Shown here: one piece after another, positions 9,403-20,163 of the stretch | Numbering within the stretch: the stretch's first letter is position 1 | How the letters are laid out: every line of letters starts with the position of its first letter | Assembly: GCA_013286305.1 (NCBI GenBank) | Contig: JABDFW010000008.1 | Location: 1,596-65,595, forward strand | Length of the DNA: 64,000 bases | Reading direction: 5' to 3' | DNA from: Bacteroidota bacterium | GTDB lineage: Bacteria > Bacteroidota > Bacteroidia > Chitinophagales > Chitinophagaceae | Program-made: the position numbers and the translations under genes | The notes under the pieces: model-generated | What the model was told of the DNA's origin: nothing | What the model saw: the letters and a program-made list of their open reading frames with translations, nothing else | The model's database searches: none

Positions 9403-10056
9403 ATTAAAGCAGTCATTTTTGATCTTGACGGAACTATTGCTGATACATTACCCCTGTGCATAAACGCCTTTAGAATAGCCATTGAGCCATTAGCCGGAAG
9501 AACATTAACTGATGAAGATATTATTGCAACATTCGGCCCTTCGGAGGAAGGGACCATTATGGCCCTGGTACCGGAATTTTATGATAAAGGGCTTGCGGAT
9601 TATTTAGTTTTTTACGAAGCATTGCACAACCATTGCCCCGCCCCTTTTGATGGTATTATTGAAATGCTTGAATTTTTACACAGCAGAGGGGTGCGTATAG
9701 CAATGGTTACAGGCAAAGGCCACAGCAGCACAGAAATATCTTTAAACCAATTTGGCATTAAGCACTACTTTTCGCAAATAGAAACAGGCTCGCCGCTTGG
9801 CCCAGTAAAAGCAGCTTGCATTGAAAAAGTATTGAATAACTGGAATGATCTTGATAAAAACGAAGTGGCATATATTGGCGATGCACCAAGCGATATAATA
9901 GCAAGCAGAAAAGCGGGCATCCCCGTAATTGGCGCTGCATGGGCTGAAACAACTGATGCCGAAAAATTAAAACTATTGCAGCCGGATCAAATTTTTTATA
10001 GCATCAACGACCTTGATAAATGGCTACAGGAAAACATTGCCAACGATCTCAATTAA
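9340..10056 (+). CDS. HAD-superfamily hydrolase (phosphoglycolate-phosphatase-like)
   Basis: HAD motif I (VIFDLDGTIADT), motif II (VTGK) and motif IV (YIGDAPSDI). The start is uncertain: a TTG at 9340, and the N-terminus overlaps a repeat copy. Confidence 0.8.
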   Translation: MSKVGNYDINPDKRSSLGDGGIKAVIFDLDGTIADTLPLCINAFRIAIEPLAGRTLTDEDIIATFGPSEEGTIMALVPEFYDKGLADYLVFYEALHNHCPAPFDGIIEMLEFLHSRGVRIAMVTGKGHSSTEISLNQFGIKHYFSQIETGSPLGPVKAACIEKVLNNWNDLDKNEVAYIGDAPSDIIASRKAGIPVIGAAWAETTDAEKLKLLQPDQIFYSINDLDKWLQENIANDLN

Positions 10057-10069
10057 AAAATTGTCTGTT

Positions 10070-11731
10070 ATGAAAAGATATTTATGGTTCTCTTTTTTAC
10101 TAACCAGCGCGGTTGCAACGTCCTGCTTTTTAAACAATAATGCGAATAAAGATGATGGCCTTGCTGCCTTTAGTGCAGACAGCCTTATTGAGCATATTAA
10201 AATACTTTCATCCGATTCGTTCCAGGGCCGCAAACCCTTTACAGCAGGCGAAACAAGAACAGTTGATTATCTACAAAAAGCTTTCGCTTCAGTTGGCCTG
10301 GAGCCTGGCAATGGCAACAGTTATTTACAGGATGTACCCATGGTAAATATCCTCTCACAACCTGCGCCATTTATGCAGGTACAATCTGCTAAAGGAAATT
10401 TCCAGTTAAAGGGCTTTGACGAATATATTCTTTCAACACCAAAAACCGATTCGCTTATCACCCTTAATAATGATCAATTGGTTTTTGCCGGCTATGGTGT
10501 AGTTGCGCCTGAGTATAACTGGAATGATTATGCAGGCCTTGATGTAAAAGGTAAAATTGTAATGGTGCTGGTAAATGACCCCAGTTTTAATAACAACGAT
10601 ACTACTTTATTTAAAGGCAAAACCATGACCTATTACGGCCGCTGGACCTACAAATTTGAGGAAGCAGCAAGACAGGGCGCGAAAGGATGTTTGGTTATAC
10701 ACAGCACCGCGGCGGCAAGCTACCCGTTCAGCGTTGTGCAAAACGGCTGGAACACTTCGGCACTGCATTTAAATAACGGTAACAAAAATGAAAATTTATT
10801 AGATGCGCAGGGATGGATAACGACCAAAGCAGCAAAGAAGCTGATCATAGCGGGCGGGCAGGACACCAGTATAATTGCCAAGGCAGATATAAGGGGTTTT
10901 AAAGCCGTACCCCTGGATGTAAAATTATCTACCACCATAAAGGCAACTGCAACGTATAACAAATCGCACAACGTAATTGGTAAAATAACCGGCAGTAAAT
11001 ACGCCGATGAATATATTATTTATACTGCACACTGGGATCATTTAGGTATTGGCAAACCCGATGCAAGAGGCGACTCTATTTACAATGGCGCACTTGATAA
11101 TGCCAGTGGCACCGCTTCACTGCTTGAATTTGCAAGGGCGTTCAAAAGCCTTAAAACGCCGCCTGAAAGAACTATTATTATTCTTGCCGTAACCGGTGAA
11201 GAACAAGGTTTGCTTGGCTCCGCCTATTATGCCCAACACCCTGTTTATCCTGCAGAAAAAACAGTAGCCAATATTAATGTTGACGAAGTGAACTACTATG
11301 GAAAAACAAAAGATATCATGGTTGTCGGGCAAGGACAAAATGAGCTTGAAGATATTTTGAAAGAAGAAGCAGAAAAACGTGGCCGCTATATTTCCTATGA
11401 CAATACACCGCAGGCCGGGCATTATTTCCGGTCAGACCATTTTAGTTTTGCCAAAGCGGGCATACCCGCTCTTGCCCAAAGTTTTGGTATTGATGTGATA
11501 GGCAAGGGCAAGCAATATGGCCAGCAAAAAGAAGAAGAATTTAATGAAAAGCATTACCACAGCCCGTCTGATGAATACAACACAAGCTGGGACATGAGTG
11601 GCGCAATAGACGACCTGCAACTGTTATTCCTTGTGGGCAAAAGGCTTGCTTTTGACCATACCTGGCCCGAATGGAAAGAGGGATCGGAGTTTAAGGCTAT
11701 AAGGGATAAAAGTAAGGGTGCAAGGGAGTGA
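10070..11731 (+). CDS. M28 family (aminopeptidase-like) metallopeptidase with PA domain
   Basis: Signal peptide MKRYLWFSFLLTSAVATSC from the ATG at 10070. M28 metal-binding motifs are present (HWDHLG, NGALDNASG, TGEEQGLLGS, HYHSPSD). Confidence 0.85.
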   Translation: MKRYLWFSFLLTSAVATSCFLNNNANKDDGLAAFSADSLIEHIKILSSDSFQGRKPFTAGETRTVDYLQKAFASVGLEPGNGNSYLQDVPMVNILSQPAPFMQVQSAKGNFQLKGFDEYILSTPKTDSLITLNNDQLVFAGYGVVAPEYNWNDYAGLDVKGKIVMVLVNDPSFNNNDTTLFKGKTMTYYGRWTYKFEEAARQGAKGCLVIHSTAAASYPFSVVQNGWNTSALHLNNGNKNENLLDAQGWITTKAAKKLIIAGGQDTSIIAKADIRGFKAVPLDVKLSTTIKATATYNKSHNVIGKITGSKYADEYIIYTAHWDHLGIGKPDARGDSIYNGALDNASGTASLLEFARAFKSLKTPPERTIIILAVTGEEQGLLGSAYYAQHPVYPAEKTVANINVDEVNYYGKTKDIMVVGQGQNELEDILKEEAEKRGRYISYDNTPQAGHYFRSDHFSFAKAGIPALAQSFGIDVIGKGKQYGQQKEEEFNEKHYHSPSDEYNTSWDMSGAIDDLQLLFLVGKRLAFDHTWPEWKEGSEFKAIRDKSKGARE

Positions 11732-11766
11732 GGAGACGGGGAAATTAATCATTACGACAAATCATT

Positions 11767-12816
11767 TTACGGTTCTTTAAAATGAAATTGAGGGATATTT
11801 TCACTTGCTTTTATGGATGTAACCATATAAGCAAATAAGTCTTGTAGTCCATCATCTTCATCAAAGATTTTTTCAATTCCAATTTTTATTTTTTCAATTT
11901 CTATATTCTTGCCGATAACGCTTCTTAATTGAATGGTAACTTGTTCTTCATTTAAATAATAGGGGCTTGCTAAATATAAGTTCGGTATAGACAAAGAATA
12001 ATATTTTGCATGTAACATAATAACACTAAGCATATCCTTTCTACAAAAAAGATCTAATTTAACTAATAGCTTTTTCCCAAAAAGGTTTAAAACAGTTATA
12101 CAACAGGTTTCGTCATCATTCACATGGACATGCGTAATAATAAAATGATCTAATTCAAAAATGTTCGGTAGCCCAACATAATCTTCTAAATCGTAATTGC
12201 CTGGATGTTCATCCCAAACATGGTTGGATTCCTTGTATTTTAAAAACTCTTTGTATTCGTTTAGAAATGGCAGGCCGACTTTCTGTAATCTTTCGAAGTT
12301 AATATTATCATTCAAAGCGTCATAAGTATGAGGAATCGTTGTTTCTGCTAATTCATCAAGTTTTTCGGCCGCCTTTAAAACAGCTAAAATTTCATCTTCA
12401 TTATAAATTCCCCGGAAAAATATTTCGTAATACAGAAATAAATTATAGCGCGTCGCGGTAATGCCAATTATAGGCAAAACTTCTACAGCATCTTGCAGCA
12501 TATTTCTTGCTTCTATCAAAATTGCTATATCTTTTTCAATGGGGGCAAGCAAGAATTTTTCAGCCTCATTTTTTAATTTTTCAAATAGTATGTCCGCCCT
12601 TTTTTTTACATTAATATTTGAAAACCCCTGTTCTTGGAGTATATCTGAATATTGCCATGCCATAAAGGGGAGTCCAAACTCGGTAAGGATTTCTTCTTCC
12701 AAAATTGCCATTGTTTGCCCTATTCCTTCGTCCAAAGAGCTTTCACCAGCTTCATGCCATTTGTAAGCAGCGTTTATATATTCAATAATTTTTTGCTTAA
12801 GCACTCCCTTTTCCAT
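11767..12816 (-). CDS. Hypothetical protein (349 aa), AT-rich island gene A
   Basis: Long uninterrupted ORF in a strongly AT-rich stretch. I recognise no family signature. It is co-directional with the next ORF, with a 31-nt gap. Confidence 0.65.
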   Translation of the reverse strand: MEKGVLKQKIIEYINAAYKWHEAGESSLDEGIGQTMAILEEEILTEFGLPFMAWQYSDILQEQGFSNINVKKRADILFEKLKNEAEKFLLAPIEKDIAILIEARNMLQDAVEVLPIIGITATRYNLFLYYEIFFRGIYNEDEILAVLKAAEKLDELAETTIPHTYDALNDNINFERLQKVGLPFLNEYKEFLKYKESNHVWDEHPGNYDLEDYVGLPNIFELDHFIITHVHVNDDETCCITVLNLFGKKLLVKLDLFCRKDMLSVIMLHAKYYSLSIPNLYLASPYYLNEEQVTIQLRSVIGKNIEIEKIKIGIEKIFDEDDGLQDLFAYMVTSIKASENIPQFHFKEP

Positions 12817-12847
12817 TAGTATTTCAGGTTAATCGGCTAAAAATAAG

Positions 12848-13510
12848 CTAACCTTTAACCCTGTCCGGGTTATTTAATATTTCAAACAATTTGGGACAAT
12901 TTCCTTTACTGATAGTCGCATTTCTCGCAACATTTAAAGTTATAAAGTTATCTACCAAATTGTCAACTAGTTCCAACCATAATTTTTTTGAGCGAGCAAC
13001 TATTATGATAGCCTTTCTTTCAAGGGCCTTTTTTACCAAATGCATCGTATAATCACGTGATGGCAAATTTTTTATGTGCCTAAATTCTTTGGAGCTATAT
13101 GGGTCATATTGTATAACAGAAACTATTTTAGAAACGCCCTCCCAATCTTTATAAAAAGGAAGTAGCTGTTTTAATTTGGGTTCCCAATAGCCTTTCCCGA
13201 CCTGAATATTGGGGTCAAGGCCAAAAAATGGAAAATGCTTACATTCATGTTTAAATACACTCATTAATTTTTCCTTATAGTGCTTATCTTCTTTCGCTTT
13301 AGTTCCTTTGTCATATTTTGGATTCGACATCAGGATTACAATTTCACTATTAAATACGTCGCCACTAAATGGAACGGGCATAACATCAAGCATTATTTCG
13401 TAATTCTTCCCTTTCCATTTTTCATTATGATTAAATATCGCTTTCTCGTCTTCAGGTAATACAAAAGGTTCATTTTGTGGTATATTATACCAGGGATTTA
13501 CAATTTTCAT
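12848..13510 (-). CDS. Hypothetical protein (220 aa), AT-rich island gene B
   Basis: Long ORF in the same AT-rich block. It contains PVPFSGDVFNSEIVILMSNP and IQYDPYSSKEF segments but no family I can name with confidence. Confidence 0.65.
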   Translation of the reverse strand: MKIVNPWYNIPQNEPFVLPEDEKAIFNHNEKWKGKNYEIMLDVMPVPFSGDVFNSEIVILMSNPKYDKGTKAKEDKHYKEKLMSVFKHECKHFPFFGLDPNIQVGKGYWEPKLKQLLPFYKDWEGVSKIVSVIQYDPYSSKEFRHIKNLPSRDYTMHLVKKALERKAIIIVARSKKLWLELVDNLVDNFITLNVARNATISKGNCPKLFEILNNPDRVKG

Positions 13511-13901
13511 AACCGGATTTTTTTATTTTATTTTAAACTTAGAAATGATAATTTTCACTACGAAGACCAATTCAGGATTAAATAATTTGTTCCAACAAGA
13601 TACCTATTTTATTTCGGGATTTCAAACATTTTGACGAGTTTTTTGCGAAAAATTTTAGCCTATTTTATAAGGATTAAATTCAAATTGATAGAAAGAAATG
13701 GTGTCAAAAAGTGATGCGGGTTTATACTTGTTCGTTCTAAAGCATTCCCCAAAACCCCGATAGCCCCTTTACGGTAAACCTAAAATCTTTTTTTTATTCC
13801 CTTCAAAACCTCTTCTCGCCCCCAAAATTTCTCATTTTTCCACTTCAAACAAACAACGTTTCTTTGCAGCAAAATTAGCCTGGGAGTTCAATAGCCGGCA
13901 A

Positions 13902-13961
13902 GTCAGAAAGATACCTATACCATTTCTTGCAGACTTTCTGTCTTCCGGACTTTCGGACTTT
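13902..13961. repeat. Short-word hairpin containing the dispersed 15-mer CTTCCGGACTTTCGG
   Basis: GTCAGAAAG...CTTTCTG complementarity, plus CTTCCGGACTTTCGG at 13942-13956. The same 15-mer occurs at 42631-42645, and inverted at 31155-31169. Confidence 0.6.
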
Positions 13962-13980
13962 TACCAACTACATACATTAA

Positions 13981-15285
<1,305 letters not shown>

Positions 15286-15390
15286 CTAACCTACCCTTCT
15301 CTATGGCTGGAGGGTGTGATGCAAATAGAATGGAGGAAAAAGCCGGAATTATAGGAAGAAGCACCTTGTGTTTAAATAATTTATTTTATT

Positions 15391-15437
15391 AATCGTTGGC
15401 TGATTTTGTACTTTTACATCAGCCAACGATTTTTTAT
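15391..15437 (+). terminator. Rho-independent terminator downstream of eno
   Basis: 14-bp stem AATCGTTGGCTGAT / ATCAGCCAACGATT with a 13-nt loop, followed by TTTTTATTT. Confidence 0.6.
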
Positions 15438-15439
15438 TT

Positions 15440-15754
15440 ATGAAAACGGCATCCGGGATATTCCATTTCATCAGCAATAAATACGTCATCGCTATTGTGG
15501 TATTTGCCGTGCTTATGCTGTTTGTTGACAGGAATGACATGTTTGTACAAAGACAGAGAACAAAGCAGTTAAACGACCTGCTGGCAAGCAAAAAATTCTA
15601 CCAGGACGAGATAGAAAAAACAAAAAAAACATTGTCAAACCTCCGTGATAACCCCGCCGCCCTGGAAAAATATGCCCGCGAAAATTACCTGATGAAAAAA
15701 GACAATGAAGACCTTTTTATTGTGGACAGTGCAGCGGATAACACAAAAAAATAA
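15440..15754 (+). CDS. Septum formation initiator (FtsB/DivIC-like) protein
   Basis: 104 aa with one N-terminal TM helix then a coiled coil (LLASKKFYQDEIEKTKKTLSNLRDNPAALEKYARENYLMKKDNEDLF). Located downstream of eno, as in many bacteria. Confidence 0.75.
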   Translation: MKTASGIFHFISNKYVIAIVVFAVLMLFVDRNDMFVQRQRTKQLNDLLASKKFYQDEIEKTKKTLSNLRDNPAALEKYARENYLMKKDNEDLFIVDSAADNTKK

Positions 15755-15870
15755 TTTATTTACAACAATATTCTTTTTACCTGCCCGTTTAAAGATAGGC
15801 TTGCAAGGCTATTATATAAGATCCAATAATACTGTGAGGTGATTTATTACTTCATTTTACAATTTTTGCT

Positions 15871-16110
15871 ATGCCGAATTTTACTACTGAAGACCTGCTA
15901 CTTTATATGTATAATGAAATGAGTAAACTGCAAAAAGCTGCCCTTGAAAAGGAGCTTAAAACTAACTGGGCGTTAAGGGAAAAATTACGTGTTTTAAGCG
16001 AATCTGAACAAAGGTTGCAAAAATTAAGCCTTCATTCCCCCCGAAAGCAAACTGTTGAAGCTATTATGGAATATGCCGCAAATTCATCGGAAGTTTCGTC
16101 GTCAAGGTAG
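15871..16110 (+). CDS. Small hypothetical protein (79 aa)
   Basis: ORF with a helical, non-repetitive sequence. Only the last few codons run into the TACGAAT repeat block. No recognisable family. Confidence 0.45.
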   Translation: MPNFTTEDLLLYMYNEMSKLQKAALEKELKTNWALREKLRVLSESEQRLQKLSLHSPRKQTVEAIMEYAANSSEVSSSR

Positions 16111-16348
16111 CTTTCCGTATCTACGAATACGAATCTATCAAGGTAGTTTCCCGTATCTACGAATACGAATAAATACGAATATACGAATTGGAGGCTACAT
16201 CCATCTACGAAATACGAATCAATACGAATATACAAATTGGAGGATATAAAGAAAGCGGGTTGAATTTGCAATGTACGAGATTCTTAATGCTAAGACACTT
16301 TAAACCCGTGTCGTTCTCTATTCGTAAATTCGTATTGATTCGTATTTC
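16103..16348. repeat. TACGAAT-word repeat block with an inverted distal arm
   Basis: Two tandem ~35-bp units (CAAGGTAG(C/T)TT(T/C)CCGTATCTACGAATACGAAT) and further (A)TACGAAT words at 16103-16240. The complementary words ATTCGTAAATTCGTATTGATTCGTATT sit at 16320-16347. Confidence 0.75.
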
Positions 16349-16386
16349 ATAGGACAACTCACTATTTGGCTTATTTTTGGCCTGCT

Positions 16387-17034
16387 ATGACGATTAAAGA
16401 ACGCTACAAAAGAGTGCTTGATTATTTGCAGGAACAAATACCCATACCAGAAACAGAATTGGTATATGATAGCCCTTACCAGCTTTTAGTATCCGTTATT
16501 TTATCTGCCCAGTGCACGGATAAACGGGTTAACATGACCACCCCGGCAATATTTCAAAAATACCCCACTGCCGAAGCGCTCTCCAAAGCCAGTTTTGATG
16601 AATTATTCCCTTATATCAAGAGTGTTTCGTATCCAAACAATAAAACCAAGCACCTCATCGGCATGGCAAAAATGTTGGTAGAAGATTTTGGCGGCAAAGT
16701 GCCTATGACGGTTGAAGAACTGATAAAATTACCCGGTGTGGGGCGAAAAACGGCAAATGTAATTACATCAGTTATAGATGAGCAACCTAACATGGCCGTT
16801 GATACCCATGTTTTCAGGGTATCAGCAAGGCTTGGCTTAACTAAACATGCCACTACTGCATTGGCTGCCGAAAAGCAGCTTGTACAACATATCCCAACAG
16901 AGCTTATCCATAAAGCCCATCACCTGCTTATATTATTTGGAAGGTACATGTGCACCGCCCGCAACCCTAAATGCCCGGAATGCGGGTTGAAGGATATTTG
17001 CTCTTATTATAAAAAGTTACCAAAAACAAAATAG
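16387..17034 (+). CDS. nth: Endonuclease III (DNA glycosylase/AP lyase)
   Basis: HhH-GPD motif (LPGVGRKTANVI) and a C-terminal 4Fe-4S cluster loop (CTARNPKCPECGLKDIC). ATG at 16387. Confidence 0.95.
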   Translation: MTIKERYKRVLDYLQEQIPIPETELVYDSPYQLLVSVILSAQCTDKRVNMTTPAIFQKYPTAEALSKASFDELFPYIKSVSYPNNKTKHLIGMAKMLVEDFGGKVPMTVEELIKLPGVGRKTANVITSVIDEQPNMAVDTHVFRVSARLGLTKHATTALAAEKQLVQHIPTELIHKAHHLLILFGRYMCTARNPKCPECGLKDICSYYKKLPKTK

Positions 17035-17155
17035 GGACAACAACCGCTCCGAAATTTGCTCAAAACCATTTGCAAAATTATTTTTAATCAAATGATTAAA
17101 AAATTTGTTTAATTCAAAAAGTTGCCTTTATCTTTGTACAGGATTTGAAATAAAT

Positions 17156-17788
17156 ATGAAAGCAGAGAAACAAAAAATACCAAAAGATGGTTCAACAGAG
17201 GAAAGGATAAAAGAAGCTGCAAAAAGGTTGTTCACGCAAAAAGGGTTTGCTGCTGTTAAAACAAGGGATATTGCCGAGGAGTCGGGGATAAACCTGGCAT
17301 TGCTTAATTATTACTTCCGCAGTAAACAAAGGCTGTTTGACATTATTATGATGGAGAATATGCAGCAGTTTATACAGGGTACCATCATGAAAATAAGCGA
17401 AAGCAATATCGGCATAGCGGAAAAAATAGAGACGGTTGTAATTGCATATATTGATATGATAACAGCCAACCCATACCTGCCAATATTTGTGATGAACCAG
17501 ATGCAAAATGTCCCTTCAAAGCTGGTTGAAAAGATGGAGCCTGTGATGAAGCCGATACGGGCCAATTTTATAAAACAGCTTGAAGAAGCGATGGAAAAAG
17601 GCGAGATAGCAAAAATTCATCCCTTCCATTTCATGGCTAACCTGGTGGGGTTAACAATATTTCCTTTTATTGGCAAACCCTTGTTGCAAAGGGTTAGCGG
17701 GGTTACCAATGAAGAGTTTGCTACGCTGATGCAGGAGCGGAAAAAGCTTGTGCCGAAATGGATAAATATGATACTTAACCCAGGATAA
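17156..17788 (+). CDS. TetR/AcrR family transcriptional regulator
   Basis: N-terminal HTH (RIKEAAKRLFTQKGFAAVKTRDIAEESGINLALLNYYFRSK). It precedes an efflux operon. Confidence 0.85.
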   Translation: MKAEKQKIPKDGSTEERIKEAAKRLFTQKGFAAVKTRDIAEESGINLALLNYYFRSKQRLFDIIMMENMQQFIQGTIMKISESNIGIAEKIETVVIAYIDMITANPYLPIFVMNQMQNVPSKLVEKMEPVMKPIRANFIKQLEEAMEKGEIAKIHPFHFMANLVGLTIFPFIGKPLLQRVSGVTNEEFATLMQERKKLVPKWINMILNPG

Positions 17789-17895
17789 AAATGAATGAGT
17801 AATAAAATATTCTTCTCACTCATTCGTCGGTTGGAATTAATGAATTTTTTTGATACCCGTTTAATCAAATGATTAAAATTAAATATTGAAATGGT

Positions 17896-19179
17896 ATGAC
17901 AAGGTTATCGTTAAATATGAACCGCTGCCTTCTTGCAGCAGGCTTATCGTTGGCTGCTCTTCTCGCTGGTGCACAAACTACCGCTCCGCTTACGATAGAA
18001 CAATGTTACACGCTTGGCAGGCAAAATTATCCTTTGGTAAAACAGCATGAACTAATAGAAAAAAGCAGGGATTATTCAGTCAGCAACGCGGCTAAGGGGT
18101 ACCTGCCTCAATTAACTATCAGCGGCCAGGCAACCTATCAATCAGATGTAACAAACATCCCTATAAAATTACCTGGCATCAACATTCCCACGGTTACCAA
18201 AGACCAGTATAAAATTTATGGCGAAGCAGATCAAACTATTTTTGACGGTGGCACTATAAAATACCAAAAACAATCGCAGGAAGCAACCGCATCTATAAAA
18301 GAACAAACACTTGAAGTAAACCTGTATGCATTAAAGGACAGGATAAACCAGCTTTTTTTCGGTATTTTATTAATAGATGAGCAATTAAAACAAAATGATA
18401 TTCAGCAAAAAGATGTGCAGAATGGTATAGATAAAACAAATGCATTAATAGCCAATGGCACTGCTTTTCGCAGCAGCCTTGACGAACTGAAAGCAGAGCT
18501 ACTGAAGGCAGACCAAAGCAGGATAGAACTTAACGCAAACAGGCAGGCCTATTTAAATATGCTGGGGTTATTCATTAACCAAACGCTGGATAATAATACA
18601 GTGCTTGAAAAGCCGCAGCCAAAAGTGCTTACAGATAATATTGCCAGGCCCGAAATATCATTATATGATTACCAGAAAAAAACTTACGATATACAAGATA
18701 GATTATCAAAGTCGAACACGCTTCCAAAACTGCAGTTCTTTGCCCAGGGTGGTTACGGCAAACCCGGCTTAAATTTATTAAAAACTGACTTTGCATTTTA
18801 TTATACAGGGGGGCTGCGTTTAAACTGGTCGTTAAGTAATTTATACACCTACAAAAACGATAAACTTATATCAACCATAAACAGGAACGACCTTGATGTT
18901 CAAAAGGAGACATTTTTATTCAACACACGAATAACACTAAAGCAACAAAGCGCGGATGTTGCCAAATATACCGCACTGTTGAGCGAAGACAATGATATAA
19001 TTGTTTTGCGGGCATCAGTAAAAAATGCCGCGGCCGCGCAACTTGCAAACGGCGTAATAACATCCCATGATTATATTACACAGCTTAATGCAGAAGACCA
19101 GGCAAGGCAAAGTTTTATTCTTCACGAAATACAATTACTGCAGGCTGAGTACAATTATCAAACAACATCAGGCAACTAA
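17896..19179 (+). CDS. TolC family outer-membrane efflux protein
   Basis: 427 aa with a signal peptide and two TolC-like repeat halves. First gene of the efflux operon. Confidence 0.85.
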   Translation: MTRLSLNMNRCLLAAGLSLAALLAGAQTTAPLTIEQCYTLGRQNYPLVKQHELIEKSRDYSVSNAAKGYLPQLTISGQATYQSDVTNIPIKLPGINIPTVTKDQYKIYGEADQTIFDGGTIKYQKQSQEATASIKEQTLEVNLYALKDRINQLFFGILLIDEQLKQNDIQQKDVQNGIDKTNALIANGTAFRSSLDELKAELLKADQSRIELNANRQAYLNMLGLFINQTLDNNTVLEKPQPKVLTDNIARPEISLYDYQKKTYDIQDRLSKSNTLPKLQFFAQGGYGKPGLNLLKTDFAFYYTGGLRLNWSLSNLYTYKNDKLISTINRNDLDVQKETFLFNTRITLKQQSADVAKYTALLSEDNDIIVLRASVKNAAAAQLANGVITSHDYITQLNAEDQARQSFILHEIQLLQAEYNYQTTSGN

Positions 19180-19206
19180 TTTAACACACAGACAAACTAA
19201 AAAAAT

Positions 19207-20163
19207 ATGAGATCATTTTCTTTCATACCAATTTTAACTGCAACGCTTTTTGCCGCCTGTACAGGCAGCGGCAATAAATTTGACGCCACCGGCAATTTTG
19301 AAGCAGATGAAGTAATTGTATCTGCACAGCAAAACGGCCAGCTACTCTCTTTTAATATAAATGAAGGCGATACGGTTAGCGCCGGAAAGCTTGTAGGCAT
19401 GATAGATGTAAAAAATGTGCAATTACAAAAAGAACAGGTAGAAGCGTCTATACAGGCGCTGAGTGAAAAGACCACTACACCGCAGCCGCAAATAGACCTG
19501 GTGAGAAAACAATTGGCTGTACAGGAAGCACAGTTAGCGCAGCAACTGAAGGAGAAGACAAGAACAGAAAACCTTATTAAAGCGGATGCAGCAACACAAA
19601 AGCAATTGGATGACATTAATGCTGCGATAGACCAGTTGCAAAAACAAATTGCCGCTACAAAGCAGGAGATTTCATTAGATGAGTCAAACGTTGAAACACA
19701 AAACCGAAACGTAATGAGTGAAAAAACGCCTTTGGAAAAATCGGCGGCGCAAATACAGGACCTTGTAAATAAAGGACAGGTGATTAACCCCATTAGCGGC
19801 ACGGTACTTACCAAATATGCACTGCAGGGTGAGATGACAACCGTTGGCAAAGCCCTTTATAAAATTGCAGACATTGATACCATTACCTTAAGGGCTTATA
19901 TAACAGGCAGCCAGTTAACAACGGTAAAGCTGGGGCAGCAGGTAAGGGTGTTTATTGATAACGGCACCAAAGATTACAGGCCATATACAGGCACGATTTC
20001 ATGGATATCGGACAAGTCGGAGTTTACACCAAAAACAATACAAACAAAAGATGAAAGGGCCGACCTCGTATATGCTATTAAGATAAGGGTTAAAAACGAT
20101 GGTTATATAAAAATTGGGATGTACGGCGAAGTAAAATTTTCAATGAATGATAACGCTAAGTAA
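19207..20163 (+). CDS. HlyD-family membrane-fusion (periplasmic adaptor) protein
   Basis: 318 aa with a lipoprotein-like N-terminus (LFAAC), a coiled-coil hairpin and a C-terminal barrel (YbhG-like). Confidence 0.85.
   Translation: MRSFSFIPILTATLFAACTGSGNKFDATGNFEADEVIVSAQQNGQLLSFNINEGDTVSAGKLVGMIDVKNVQLQKEQVEASIQALSEKTTTPQPQIDLVRKQLAVQEAQLAQQLKEKTRTENLIKADAATQKQLDDINAAIDQLQKQIAATKQEISLDESNVETQNRNVMSEKTPLEKSAAQIQDLVNKGQVINPISGTVLTKYALQGEMTTVGKALYKIADIDTITLRAYITGSQLTTVKLGQQVRVFIDNGTKDYRPYTGTISWISDKSEFTPKTIQTKDERADLVYAIKIRVKNDGYIKIGMYGEVKFSMNDNAK

Noticed and set aside
16103-16348. Possible CRISPR array in the TACGAAT repeat block (and in the 48595-48702 tandem repeats)
   Set aside because: The units are 7-36 bp and directly abutting or degenerate, with no unique spacers of uniform length. 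No cas genes are present in the window. The distal part is the inverted complement, which indicates a hairpin rather than an array.
19197-19850. A 217-aa Cys-rich ORF antisense to the HlyD-family gene. Similar long antisense ORFs occur at 22701..23423 (240 aa), 49413..50297 (294 aa), 59647..60345 (232 aa), 40764..41285 (173 aa) and 24225..24668.
   Set aside because: Each lies entirely opposite a confidently identified gene (HlyD-family adaptor, ABC-2 permease, thrA, ilvD, hmgA). Their composition is skewed in the way expected for shadow frames, and they show no recognisable motifs.
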